NCBI RefSeq assembly: GCF_025685625.1
Contig: NZ_JAGSYI010000001.1
Location: forward strand, 2,211,147-2,275,146
Length of the DNA stretch: 64,000 bases
Reading direction: 5' to 3'
From: Acidicapsa acidisoli
GTDB lineage: Bacteria > Acidobacteriota > Terriglobia > Terriglobales > Acidobacteriaceae
Below, one piece after another: positions 55,106 through 64,000 of this stretch. Positions within the stretch are counted from its first letter, which is position 1. Every line of letters starts with the position of its first letter. Both the position numbers and the translations under genes were made by a program. Under the pieces are notes generated by a model that was given only the letters and a program-made list of their open reading frames with translations, did not search any database and was not told the DNA's origin.

Positions 55106-58100
55106 ATGCGACGCAGACGACGCTTTGGCCGATGGTGTTTTCTCCTGCTGCTTGCCGGAATCTCAACGGCGGGCCTCTGCGCTGCAGACGCGCAAGAATT
55201 TGTTGCCACTCGAGGAGGCTTGGCTCATCCTGCGGGGAGTGCCGTTGGTTCGACTAAGCTTTCGTCGGTGCGGCTGGAGCGGATGCTGCTACTGCTGCAA
55301 CCTGACGCGGCGCAGCAAAAGGGGCTCGCGAAGCTGCTAACCGATCAGCAGACGCGGGGCAATGCGAGCTTTCACAAATGGCTGACGCCGGTACAATTCG
55401 CCGACCGGTATGCGTTGAGCGCCGGAGATGCGGCGCAGGTGGCCGCGTGGCTGCGTGCGCAGGGATTTGACTTGGCAGCGCTGCCGGCGAGCCGGGGGTG
55501 GATTGAGTTTTCGGGCAGCCTAGTTCAGGTGCAGAAGGCATTCGGCACAACGCTTAAGGCTGTCGACTCGGGCAGCGGAGAAGTGCGGTATCAGCTTGCG
55601 GGTGCGGCCAATTTTCCGGCTTCGATTTCTGGTCTGGTGGCGGGGCTGGTCTCGCTCGATGGGGTTCTGTCCGCGCCTGCCGTGACTGTTACGACGGAAC
55701 TGAGCGGAAGCGCCGAAACGCTGGCTGCGGCGACTTCTTTGAACACGGCTCACGCGCTTACGCCATCGCTTGCGGCAAAGTGGCTCAATCTCGGTTCGCT
55801 TCCGGCGAAAGGCGCGACCGGAGCCGGGGAATCGATTGCAATTCCTGTGCGAAGCAATGTGCGTCAGGAGGATTTTGCTGCTTTCCGGAGGAGCTTTGGT
55901 TTGCCGGAAGCTACGCTGGGCGTGACGTTGGGCGGTGTAGATCCGGGTCGCACGAGTGATGAGGCAGCGGCTGTTCTGGCTGCTTCGTGGGCTGGTGTGA
56001 CGGCGCCGGATGCACAGATTGTCCTGGTGCCTGCGGCCTCTACGAACGCTACGGACGGTGTCGATCTGGCGCTGGCTGCGGTTGTGGATGGCGCGATGGC
56101 GCACACGGTGAGTCTCGGGTATACGGCTTGCGAGAACAGCCTGTCGCCGGCGCATCAGACGTTTTACGCGGCCCTGTACGCGCAGGCTGCGGCCGAAGGA
56201 ATGGCGATCGTTGCAGCCAGTGGGGACAGCGGCGCGGCAGGCTGTCATTCGCCGCTGGATGCGAGTCCTGTTGCGAATGGATGGGGCGTGAATGGGCTTG
56301 CCTCGACGCCATGGAATACGGCGGTGGGCGCGGTTGCCTTTACTGCGGATGGAACAGGATTAACGGGCTGGCAGCCGGCGAGGGCTGCCGACCCTGCTTA
56401 TGCTACGGGCGGTGGTTTCAGTTCGATTTACACGACGCCGCAGTGGCAGTCAGCGGCGGGGTTGCCTGCTTCTGATCCAATGCCTGCGAATGCGCTCGGT
56501 TCGGTGGCTGCGCATCATCGGTATCTGCCCGATGTGAGCCTGCCGACCGTTTTCCATGCTGGTAATGGGAGCGGCATCCAGGGGTTGGCATTTTGTTTTG
56601 CGGGGGACGCGAATAGTTCGGGCGCCGATGGTTGCCACCTTGTGAGTGCCGGAGGCAGCGCGGTTTCGGCTGCGCTCTTCTCGGGGATTGCTGCGGTGTT
56701 GGCACAGAAGTATGGGCCGGAGGGGAACTTGGCGCCGAATCTCTATGCATTGGGCCGCGTTCGTCAGGACTCATCTGGCAGTTCCCAGTCCTCATCGGAG
56801 TCGCAATCTGCATTTGTGGATGTTACTGTGGGCGGGGCTAAGTTGCGTTGCGTGCCGGGCAGCGTGGGCTGCACGACTTTAAGCGATGATACGGGTGAGA
56901 TTGGGTTTGATTCCGCAGCCGGATTCGATCTTGCTTCTGGGCTGGGTTCGGTGAATGCCGGGGTGTTGGTCGCTAACTGGACGACTCCGGATGCTACGGG
57001 CACGGCACCGGTTACTGTCGAGATGACGAATACAGGGGGAGTTACTTACAATCCGTCGGCGATCATTGCCCTGTCTGCGCGGGTTCTTTCCGGATCGGGC
57101 GGGACGGTGCCTACCGGCACGGTCCAGTTTTATGACAAGTCGGTGTCGGCAAACACCGGAACGCCGGTGACGCTGGATTCCTCGGGCAATGCGACTTACT
57201 CCGAGAACGGGCAGTTTACGGTGGGTGGGCATAATATTGCGGCTATTTACAGCGGAGACAGCACTTATGAGTCGGCGCAGTCGCAGCCGGTCACGATTAA
57301 CATTCAGCCGAGTCCAACGTCGCTGGTGGTTGCTCCGTCGACCACAACGCCAAGCGGCGGAAGCACGATCACGGTGACGGGCACGGTTACGGCGACCAAT
57401 CCGGGCAACTCGCCGCCGACGGGTACGCTGACGGTCAATCTCGATGGCTTGCCGCAGGGAAATGTGAAGCTTGCCACGTCGGGCCCGACGACAAGCGGCA
57501 GCGTCAATGTTGTGGTTCCGTCGGCTGGCGCGCACACGGTGCAGGGGATTTATTCAGGAGACGTGAATTACAACAACGCTACTTCTCCGTCGGTGACGAT
57601 TACGGTGGCGAAGGGTGCGACGGTTACTTCGATCTCCGCTGCGCCGAGCACGCTGACGGCGGGTGTTCTGGAGACTTTTACGGCGACGATGGCCCCGGCA
57701 ACCACGACGACGACTGCGTTCACGATTACCGGAACGGTTTCTTTCTATGACGGTGGGACGACGCTGCTGGGCACGGCGACGATTAGCAGTAATACAGCCA
57801 TTCTTACCGGAATCGTGTTGTCTACGACCTCGGCGCATACAATTACGGCTGTCTATTCGGGAGACGCCAACTGGAGCGCTAGCGTCTCAAGCCCGCTGCT
57901 GCTGCAACCGATTCTGATGCCGGTGACGGTCACGTTGGCGGCTAGCAACAGTGTCTTGGCTCCGGGGCAGTCGGTGACTCTGACGGCAACTGTTACGCCA
58001 GTGAATTTGCCGGTCAGCACGGCCGAGCAGCATCCGACGGGGAACGTCTACTTTTATGCCGGAACGACGCTGATCGGGGAGACATCGGTGACGGCGGGAC

Positions 58101-58822
58101 TGGGAGATACAGCGGTTGCGACGGTCTTTGTGCCGTCTCTGCCGGCAGGAGCGTATGTGATTACTGCTCAGTACACGGGAGATGGCACTTACGGCACGGC
58201 TGTCTCCAACTCACTGAATCTGGCGATTGAGGACTTCACGATCGGTTGCAGTGTTAACAGCGTAACTGTGGTGCAAGGACAGACTGCGACTGTTACTTGC
58301 TCGGTTGCTTCGCTGGGCGGTCTGACGGGACCGATTCAAATCGTTTGCGCCGAGCAAAACCCGCCGCAGAATGGGGCGATCAACTGCACTTTCGATCCGA
58401 CGGTCATCAATGGCACGGGACGAACGACGCTTACGATAGCCACGGCGGCGGGGAATATTTCGCAGGCCAGCCTAAAAGCTAATCCGGATGCGAAATCGTC
58501 GCGTGGGCAGAGAGATCGGCATGGCCCTCCGTTATGGCAGGCTGCTGGTGGGGGAGTGGTGCTGGCTTTTGCGGGCTTGCTGCTTTCGCCGATTGGTAGG
58601 CGTGCGCGGTGGCTGCGGCGTGGTGGCGCAAGGATGCTTGGGCTGGCGCTGCTTATGATTGGTCTGGCTGGAACTGGCCTTGGGTGCAATAACTCCGTGA
58701 CGCTGGCGAATAACGGTGGTACTCCGCTGGGTGTGAGTACGCTGAAGATTACGGCGGGGGCGGACGTGAATACGGTTACGGTGAGCCACTATGCGTATCT
58801 CACCGTGAATGTGACGCCGTAA
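55106..58822 (+). CDS. S53 (sedolisin/kumamolisin-like) serine peptidase with pro-domain, ~5 C-terminal Ig-like (Big_3-type) repeats and a C-terminal hydrophobic anchor
   Basis: ATG 55106, signal MRRRRRFGRWCFLLLLAGISTAGLCA. Pro-kumamolisin activation domain (LTPVQFADRYALSAGDAAQVAAWLRAQGFD...). Catalytic region with SGDSGAAGC and Ser block GGSAVSAALFSGIAAV. Repeated ~90-aa TGTV-FYDG...YSGD domains. C-terminal TM segments. Confidence 0.85.
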   Translation: MRRRRRFGRWCFLLLLAGISTAGLCAADAQEFVATRGGLAHPAGSAVGSTKLSSVRLERMLLLLQPDAAQQKGLAKLLTDQQTRGNASFHKWLTPVQFADRYALSAGDAAQVAAWLRAQGFDLAALPASRGWIEFSGSLVQVQKAFGTTLKAVDSGSGEVRYQLAGAANFPASISGLVAGLVSLDGVLSAPAVTVTTELSGSAETLAAATSLNTAHALTPSLAAKWLNLGSLPAKGATGAGESIAIPVRSNVRQEDFAAFRRSFGLPEATLGVTLGGVDPGRTSDEAAAVLAASWAGVTAPDAQIVLVPAASTNATDGVDLALAAVVDGAMAHTVSLGYTACENSLSPAHQTFYAALYAQAAAEGMAIVAASGDSGAAGCHSPLDASPVANGWGVNGLASTPWNTAVGAVAFTADGTGLTGWQPARAADPAYATGGGFSSIYTTPQWQSAAGLPASDPMPANALGSVAAHHRYLPDVSLPTVFHAGNGSGIQGLAFCFAGDANSSGADGCHLVSAGGSAVSAALFSGIAAVLAQKYGPEGNLAPNLYALGRVRQDSSGSSQSSSESQSAFVDVTVGGAKLRCVPGSVGCTTLSDDTGEIGFDSAAGFDLASGLGSVNAGVLVANWTTPDATGTAPVTVEMTNTGGVTYNPSAIIALSARVLSGSGGTVPTGTVQFYDKSVSANTGTPVTLDSSGNATYSENGQFTVGGHNIAAIYSGDSTYESAQSQPVTINIQPSPTSLVVAPSTTTPSGGSTITVTGTVTATNPGNSPPTGTLTVNLDGLPQGNVKLATSGPTTSGSVNVVVPSAGAHTVQGIYSGDVNYNNATSPSVTITVAKGATVTSISAAPSTLTAGVLETFTATMAPATTTTTAFTITGTVSFYDGGTTLLGTATISSNTAILTGIVLSTTSAHTITAVYSGDANWSASVSSPLLLQPILMPVTVTLAASNSVLAPGQSVTLTATVTPVNLPVSTAEQHPTGNVYFYAGTTLIGETSVTAGLGDTAVATVFVPSLPAGAYVITAQYTGDGTYGTAVSNSLNLAIEDFTIGCSVNSVTVVQGQTATVTCSVASLGGLTGPIQIVCAEQNPPQNGAINCTFDPTVINGTGRTTLTIATAAGNISQASLKANPDAKSSRGQRDRHGPPLWQAAGGGVVLAFAGLLLSPIGRRARWLRRGGARMLGLALLMIGLAGTGLGCNNSVTLANNGGTPLGVSTLKITAGADVNTVTVSHYAYLTVNVTP

Positions 58823-58855
58823 TTACAGAATGCTCCTTTGAGAGCAGCGCTGGCT

Positions 58856-60463
58856 TCAGGAGGCTGGGGTACGGCCAATGAGCTTGTCGGCCCATTGAAG
58901 GAAGTACTTCACGTTTGGGGCGTCAGTGTGGCCGCCGTCGTGCTGACGCCAGGCGAGCTCCCCGTCGAGAAGTCCGCTGTTGACTGGTGGCATCGTGGCC
59001 GTGTGGTAGTCGTCTGAGACGCCGAGGCCGTGTGCGCCGAGCAGTTTGAAGACTGGCTGCGCGGCGACGGTGGCCATGTAGCTGCCTTGCTGGTCGAGCC
59101 ATTTTGCGTCGCCCATGGCGGGTACGCCGTAGCTGATGAAGGTGAGACGAGGCGCGCAGAGGGCGATGAGTTCGTGGGAATCGACGGGAAGGTCGCCTGG
59201 ATTTTTGCTGCCGAAGGTTGCTTCGGATGTTCCGTATTTCATGAAGTTTCCGGCCATCCAGTAATATTCGCCGCCGGTGAGGCTTTCTACGGCTTCGCCG
59301 AAATTGCGGCGGTTCAGCTTTACGCCGCCTTCGCCGGAGGAGCCGATGAGGCCCATGGCGAAACGGGGCTCGAAGGCGAGCGTGACCAGCGCTGCTTTGC
59401 CGTAGCGGGAGACGCCCTCGATGCCTACGTGTTTTGAGTCGATGGCTGGGTCGGTTTCTAGGTAATCGAGGCCGCGCGCGGCTCCCCAGGACCAGGCGCG
59501 TAGTGCGCCCCAGTCTTCGGGCTTGCGTGGCTGGCCTTTGTTGACGAGGCCGATGATGCCACGGGTCAGACCAGCGCCATTGTCGGCCTGGATGCTGGCG
59601 GGGTTGATCAGGGCGTATCCCCAGCCGTCGGCGATGAGCTGCTGGGTGGTTGGCGGGTCACCTGCGGGCCTGGGTGCGCCGAATCCGAAGGCGGGAGCGA
59701 GCGCGTTGAGCGGGCTGTAGCCGGGATAGTCATGGAAGATGGCGGCGAGGGAAGGATCCTTGTCCACCAGTAGTGCCTTCACTGCGGCGTTGATCTTTTC
59801 CATATCTTCGGGCGGAGGCTGAGTGGGGTTGGGCAGGCCGGTGCGGCCGAACATCATCAGGAGTGGGACGGGACCTTGGGCGTTTGCGGGAACGACGAGG
59901 GTCATTGCGATGTCGACGGAGATCGCTGGGTAGGCGGAGTTGTCGACGTGGCCGACGAGCTCTTTTGCGATAACCGGCGTGAAGCCGACGAACTCGCGGT
60001 CGGTGACTTTGACTTCCCAGGTGACTTTAGGGAGGTTCTTCGGCAGACGGCCATAGACTTCCCGCTCAAAGTCTTCGACGATTTCAGGACGGCGCTGCTT
60101 CCACCACATCTCCGGGGTAGTCACTTTTTGGCCGTTCTTCAGTGTGAGAACGTCGGGCAGATTGGGATATGGATTGGCGTGGGATTCGTCGTAGTTGGCG
60201 TGATTCGGGGCCTTTTCGTCGCCGCTTGGGCCGGGGCGCAGAGCTTTGATGCCTAACTGGTCCATCATGTTCTGATGGTCTTGGTCTGCCGTGAAGGTAA
60301 CGGGAGGGGGTGCGGAGGTCTGAGCTACTGCATATCCAAAAGGAAGGAGGAAAAATGCAGAGGCAGCGGCAAGACCATGCGTGAGTCTGCGAAAAGACTG
60401 GCTCTCGAACATCGAGGAGACCTCCCCTGCGGATATTTTCTTGGTGTCCCGAACAAAAGACAT
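58856..60463 (-). CDS. CE15-family glucuronoyl esterase
   Basis: Signal peptide after the probable real start MFESQSF... CE15-like nucleophile motif GVSRYGKAAL (G-C/V-S-R-x-G). Confidence 0.75.
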   Translation of the reverse strand: MSFVRDTKKISAGEVSSMFESQSFRRLTHGLAAASAFFLLPFGYAVAQTSAPPPVTFTADQDHQNMMDQLGIKALRPGPSGDEKAPNHANYDESHANPYPNLPDVLTLKNGQKVTTPEMWWKQRRPEIVEDFEREVYGRLPKNLPKVTWEVKVTDREFVGFTPVIAKELVGHVDNSAYPAISVDIAMTLVVPANAQGPVPLLMMFGRTGLPNPTQPPPEDMEKINAAVKALLVDKDPSLAAIFHDYPGYSPLNALAPAFGFGAPRPAGDPPTTQQLIADGWGYALINPASIQADNGAGLTRGIIGLVNKGQPRKPEDWGALRAWSWGAARGLDYLETDPAIDSKHVGIEGVSRYGKAALVTLAFEPRFAMGLIGSSGEGGVKLNRRNFGEAVESLTGGEYYWMAGNFMKYGTSEATFGSKNPGDLPVDSHELIALCAPRLTFISYGVPAMGDAKWLDQQGSYMATVAAQPVFKLLGAHGLGVSDDYHTATMPPVNSGLLDGELAWRQHDGGHTDAPNVKYFLQWADKLIGRTPAS

Positions 60464-60496
60464 GCTACATGGCTTTTCCGGTTTAAGCTACTTGCT

Positions 60497-61741
60497 ATGA
60501 AATTAACTAGAGATTTTCTCATAGGGATGGTGTTTGCGGTCGTGTTGTCGCCGTTGCAGGCGCAAACTAAGACGACTGGGCCTAGCTGGGTAGGTTCGTG
60601 GGCGGCATCACAGCAGCTTCCTGAGCCGCAGAATTCGATGCCTCCGGAAGACCTCAACGATGCGACATTGCGCCAGATCGTGCATCTGTCCGTCGGCGGG
60701 GCGACGCTGCGGGTACATTTGTCGAATGCTTTCGGATTTCTGCCGCTTCACTTAACCTCGGTTCACATCGCAAAGCCTCTCTCACCTGCCGCGGCGAGTA
60801 TCGACCCGGCGACGGACAAGGCGCTTACTTTTTCGGGCAGGGAGGATGTAATTATTCCGGCGGGGGCTGAGTATATCTCCGATCCGGTGAGTTATCCGGC
60901 ACCGGCACTGAGCGATCTTGCGGTTTCAATCCACTTCGATTTGCCGCCCGCGGAGCAGAGCGGGCATCCGGGGTCGCGGGCTACGTCTTATCTGGTGCAT
61001 GGCGATGCAGTTTCTGCGGCGGAGCTTGCGGGTGCGCGGAAGTTCGATCACTGGTATCAGCTTGCGGCTATCGATATTGCCGCGGGGCCGGATGCGGGGG
61101 CGATTGTTGCGCTTGGAGACTCGATTACGGATGGTCATGGAGCGACTACCAACGGCAATGACCGGTGGACGGACGTACTGGCGCAGAGGCTGCAGGCGAA
61201 TGCAGGGACGCGCAATATTAGCGTGCTGAATCAGGGAATTGGCGGGAATCATTTGCTTACGGATGGTCTTGGGCCGAATGTGCTGGCGCGATTTGACCGC
61301 GATGTTTTGGCGCAGACCGGGGTGCGATGGGTGATCGTGCTGGAGGGAGTCAACGATATTGGGGGACTGACGCGGTTGAGTGATCCTCCGCAGGCTGATC
61401 ATGAGGCTTTTGTGCGGCGGATTCTTGCGTCGTACGAGCAGATTATTGCGCGCGCACATGCCGCGCATATCCAGGTGATCGGGGCTACGATTATGCCGTA
61501 TACCGATTCTGGGTACTATCATCCGCCTGCGAGCAATGAGGCTGACCGGCAGGCGATCAATGCGTGGATACGAGCCGCGGGACACTTCGATGCGGTGGTG
61601 GATTTCGATAGGGCCACGGCTGATCCGAAGAGGCCGGATCATCTGAATCCTGCGTACGATTCCGGCGATCATCTGCATCCTTCGGCGTCGGGATACCGGG
61701 TGATGGGCGAGGCTGTTCCGCTGACGTTGTTTGCGCGGTGA
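60497..61741 (+). CDS. SGNH/GDSL-family hydrolase with N-terminal beta-sandwich domain
   Basis: ATG 60497, signal MKLTRDFLIGMVFAVVLSPLQAQ. Block I VALGDSITDG, block III GVNDIG and block V DHLHPSASG. Confidence 0.8.
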   Translation: MKLTRDFLIGMVFAVVLSPLQAQTKTTGPSWVGSWAASQQLPEPQNSMPPEDLNDATLRQIVHLSVGGATLRVHLSNAFGFLPLHLTSVHIAKPLSPAAASIDPATDKALTFSGREDVIIPAGAEYISDPVSYPAPALSDLAVSIHFDLPPAEQSGHPGSRATSYLVHGDAVSAAELAGARKFDHWYQLAAIDIAAGPDAGAIVALGDSITDGHGATTNGNDRWTDVLAQRLQANAGTRNISVLNQGIGGNHLLTDGLGPNVLARFDRDVLAQTGVRWVIVLEGVNDIGGLTRLSDPPQADHEAFVRRILASYEQIIARAHAAHIQVIGATIMPYTDSGYYHPPASNEADRQAINAWIRAAGHFDAVVDFDRATADPKRPDHLNPAYDSGDHLHPSASGYRVMGEAVPLTLFAR

Positions 61742-61746
61742 CTTCA

Positions 61747-61781
61747 GGTTGACATCGTGATTTTGTTCTTTGGGTTGACAT
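61747..61781 (+). promoter_or_regulatory. two direct copies of GGTTGACAT upstream of the PadR gene (candidate -35 elements and/or operator half-sites)
   Basis: ggttgacat at 61747-61755 and 61773-61781. The second TTGACA (61775-61780) plus N17 plus AATACT (61798-61803) would place a transcription start just before ATG 61812. Confidence 0.4.
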
Positions 61782-61790
61782 TCTACCCAA

Positions 61791-62183
61791 ATGAGCGAAT
61801 ACTTGGGTCGAATGGCTACCCAAGAGAACAACGACGACCGAATTGCCTTGTTGCAGGGCACGCTTGACTTGCTGATATTGAAGACGCTGGTGCTGGGACC
61901 GTGCCATGGGCAGGGTGTGGCGCGATTGATTCAACGGCAGTCGGAAGACGTGTTTCTTGTCGATCATGGCTCGCTCTATGTTGCCCTTCAGAGGCTGGAA
62001 GACAAGAGGTGGATCAGCGCCAAGTGGGGCGTCAGCGAAAACAATCGCAAGGCGCGGTTTTATTCGCTGACGCCGAAAGGGCGCGCGCAGCTTGTGGAGA
62101 AGGCCAGCGAGTGGCGGCGGCTGACGCGCGCGATGGGACTGATTCTGGACTCGAACAGCGGAATGCAGGGCGAGGAGGCATAG
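61791..62183 (+). CDS. PadR-family transcriptional regulator
   Basis: LQGTLDLLILKTLVLGPCHGQGVARLIQ...LYVALQRLEDKRWISAKW is a classic PadR winged HTH. ATG 61812 is an alternative start, possibly leaderless. Confidence 0.85.
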   Translation: MSEYLGRMATQENNDDRIALLQGTLDLLILKTLVLGPCHGQGVARLIQRQSEDVFLVDHGSLYVALQRLEDKRWISAKWGVSENNRKARFYSLTPKGRAQLVEKASEWRRLTRAMGLILDSNSGMQGEEA

Positions 62184-62185
62184 GC

Positions 62186-64000
62186 ATGTTCAGGCGCAGG
62201 CGAAGTGCGGAGGATTTTGCGGAAGAGATCAAGGCGCATCTGGAACTTGAGGCTGCGGACCTGGAGGGTGAGGGCCTGAACAGGGACGAGGCGCGGCGGA
62301 TGGCGCGTTGTGAGTTCGGAAATGTCGGCGCGGCGCAGGAACACTTTTATCTGAAGGACCGATGGGTGGGTCTGGACAGGTTGCTGCGCAATGTGCGATT
62401 TGGAATGCGGTCGCTGCGGCAGAGTCCGGGATTTGCGGTGACGGCGATTCTGACGCTTGCTCTTGGAATTGGCGCAAACACGGCCGTCTTCAGTGTGATG
62501 AATGCTGTGCTGCTGCGGTCGCTGCCGGTGTACGATCCTGATCGGCTGGTGTATTTGAGGACATCTAATCCGCCGCGCGGAACAGGGACTATCGATTCCA
62601 ACAAAACGTTCTCTTATCCGGTCTACGCTGCGCTGCGGAAGCAGAGCAGCGGACTTTCGCCTGTGATGGCCTTCGTGCCGCTGTCGGGCAGCAAGGTCGC
62701 AGTTCGATACGGTGCGCAACCGGAAGAGGCAGAGGGCGATATGGTGAGCGGCACCTTCTTCTCCGGGTTGGGAGTAAGTCTGCCGCTTGGCCGCGGATTC
62801 AGCGAGGAAGATGAGACTCGCCATGCTCCGCTTGCCGTGCTGAGCTACAACTACTGGACGCGACGGTTTGTCCGGAACCCGGAGGTTTTGGGAAAGACTC
62901 TGTATGTGAATGGCGTGGCTATGACCATTGTGGGAGTGGCCGCGGAGGGCTTTGAAGGGGTCGAAGGCGGTGGGTCGACGGATTTCTGGATTCCACTGCA
63001 GAGCCGCCGGGAGCTGAATGCGTGGGGCAATCCTCCGGACGAGGGAAAGCTCTATGATGCGAATCCGACGTGGTGGTGTTTGCAGATGATTGGGCGGCTT
63101 GCTCCCGGTGTGACGCGAGCGCAGGCTGTGGCGCAGATGCAGCCGGTGTTTCAGCGATCTGCTTATGTGGGTCTGGGCTCGCCGATGGAGGGTGAAAAGC
63201 CGCCCGTGCTAAGTCTGGCGGATGCGAAGAGCTTTCCCGGATACGACCAGCAATATGGCAATCCGCTGCGTATGTTGATGGCGATGGTGGGGCTGGTGCT
63301 GCTGATTGCAATGGCGAATGTGGTGATGCTGCTGATGGCGCGTAATGCTGCACGTCAGAGGGAGTTCTCATTGCGGCAAGCGTTGGGGGCGGGACGCGGC
63401 GAGTTGCTGCGCCAATTGCTTACTGAGGGTCTGATCCTGGTGACGGCGGGCGGTGTGCTGGCTTGGGGTTTTGCGGAGATGGCGACGCGGGTGCTTGGCC
63501 GTTGGGCGCAGATTGAGACGAGCCTTGCTCCAGATAGCACGGTACTGCTCTTCACGCTGGCGGTGCTGGCGATTGCCGGGATTCTGTTTGGGCTTGCGCC
63601 GTTGCGCGTGGCGCTTGCCGGCGGCGCGGAACTGGCGCTCAAGACTTCCGCGGCGACATCGAACACGAATGCGGGCAAATCGCGTGCCGGTAGAGTCATT
63701 GTGGCGCTGCAGATGGCGCTTTGCGTGGTGCTTCTGGTGGGCGGTGGGCTCCTAGTCAGAACAATGCGCAACCTGGAGAACATTCCCCTGGGAATACGGG
63801 TCGATGGGCTGGTTGTTTTTGGTGTGAAGCCGAATATTCCATCGATTCCCGAGGGTGTCGCCTTTTACCGGAATCTGATGGACAAACTGCGGGTTCTGCC
63901 GGGTGTAGAGTCGGTAACCGTGTCGGAAGAACGGCTTGGGTCGGGGTGGTCAGACAACAGTGACATGCGGGTGGATGGGAAGTTGCCGGAAGTGGCGAAT
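62186..64000 (+). CDS. ADOP/MacB-FtsX-type ABC permease ('acidobacterial duplicated orphan permease'-like), 3' end outside window
   Basis: ATG 62186, open to the window end. N-terminal EEIKAHLELEAADLEGEGLNRDEARRMA amphipathic region is typical of ADOP proteins. FtsX-like 4-TM module with large periplasmic loop. PadR-ADOP pairing is recurrent in Acidobacteriota. Confidence 0.85.
   Translation, partial: MFRRRRSAEDFAEEIKAHLELEAADLEGEGLNRDEARRMARCEFGNVGAAQEHFYLKDRWVGLDRLLRNVRFGMRSLRQSPGFAVTAILTLALGIGANTAVFSVMNAVLLRSLPVYDPDRLVYLRTSNPPRGTGTIDSNKTFSYPVYAALRKQSSGLSPVMAFVPLSGSKVAVRYGAQPEEAEGDMVSGTFFSGLGVSLPLGRGFSEEDETRHAPLAVLSYNYWTRRFVRNPEVLGKTLYVNGVAMTIVGVAAEGFEGVEGGGSTDFWIPLQSRRELNAWGNPPDEGKLYDANPTWWCLQMIGRLAPGVTRAQAVAQMQPVFQRSAYVGLGSPMEGEKPPVLSLADAKSFPGYDQQYGNPLRMLMAMVGLVLLIAMANVVMLLMARNAARQREFSLRQALGAGRGELLRQLLTEGLILVTAGGVLAWGFAEMATRVLGRWAQIETSLAPDSTVLLFTLAVLAIAGILFGLAPLRVALAGGAELALKTSAATSNTNAGKSRAGRVIVALQMALCVVLLVGGGLLVRTMRNLENIPLGIRVDGLVVFGVKPNIPSIPEGVAFYRNLMDKLRVLPGVESVTVSEERLGSGWSDNSDMRVDGKLPEVAN

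Overview
High-GC (roughly 58-62%) chromosomal segment from what looks like an Acidobacteriota (Terriglobia-like) genome. The taxonomic call is inference, based on a PadR regulator followed by an ADOP/FtsX-type permease, several very large secreted proteins with Ig-like repeats, and the overall gene content. I see no rRNA or tRNA genes, no CRISPR array, and no integrase or transposase.

About 54 protein-coding genes are densely packed. Recognisable housekeeping genes are serS, type-II NADH dehydrogenase, trxB, yggS-yggU, a DUF503-rbfA-nrnA fragment, the etfB/etfA operon with a membrane Fe-S (CCG-domain) oxidoreductase, pncB, an RlmI-like methyltransferase and relA/spoT. A vapBC toxin-antitoxin pair is present.

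Envelope and carbohydrate genes include a 1177-aa GH18-like/CE4-deacetylase/GT2-synthase fusion, two GT39/ArnT-like membrane glycosyltransferases, one GT1, GH5, CE15, SGNH, and an S53 peptidase with Ig-like repeats. There is also an unusual c-type cytochrome/cytochrome-P460 fusion.

The most distinctive locus is 29.0-33.6 kb. It holds an XRE-type HTH regulator, an NfeD-like protein, a flotillin (SPFH) and a PspA/IM30 (ESCRT-III-like) protein in one orientation. It is preceded by an 815-bp AT-richer non-coding region carrying three copies of the perfect palindrome ATTGCAAT just upstream of the regulator gene. Every intergenic gap in the locus holds members of two related hairpin-repeat families (7 copies in 3.4 kb) that I did not see anywhere else in the window.

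Other oddities are 24-bp direct repeats bracketing a low-GC mini-ORF at 14.26-14.64 kb, a frameshift inside a large Ig-like secreted-protein gene at about 10.47 kb, and a second hairpin family (GGGCTAAAGCCC) inside the etf operon.
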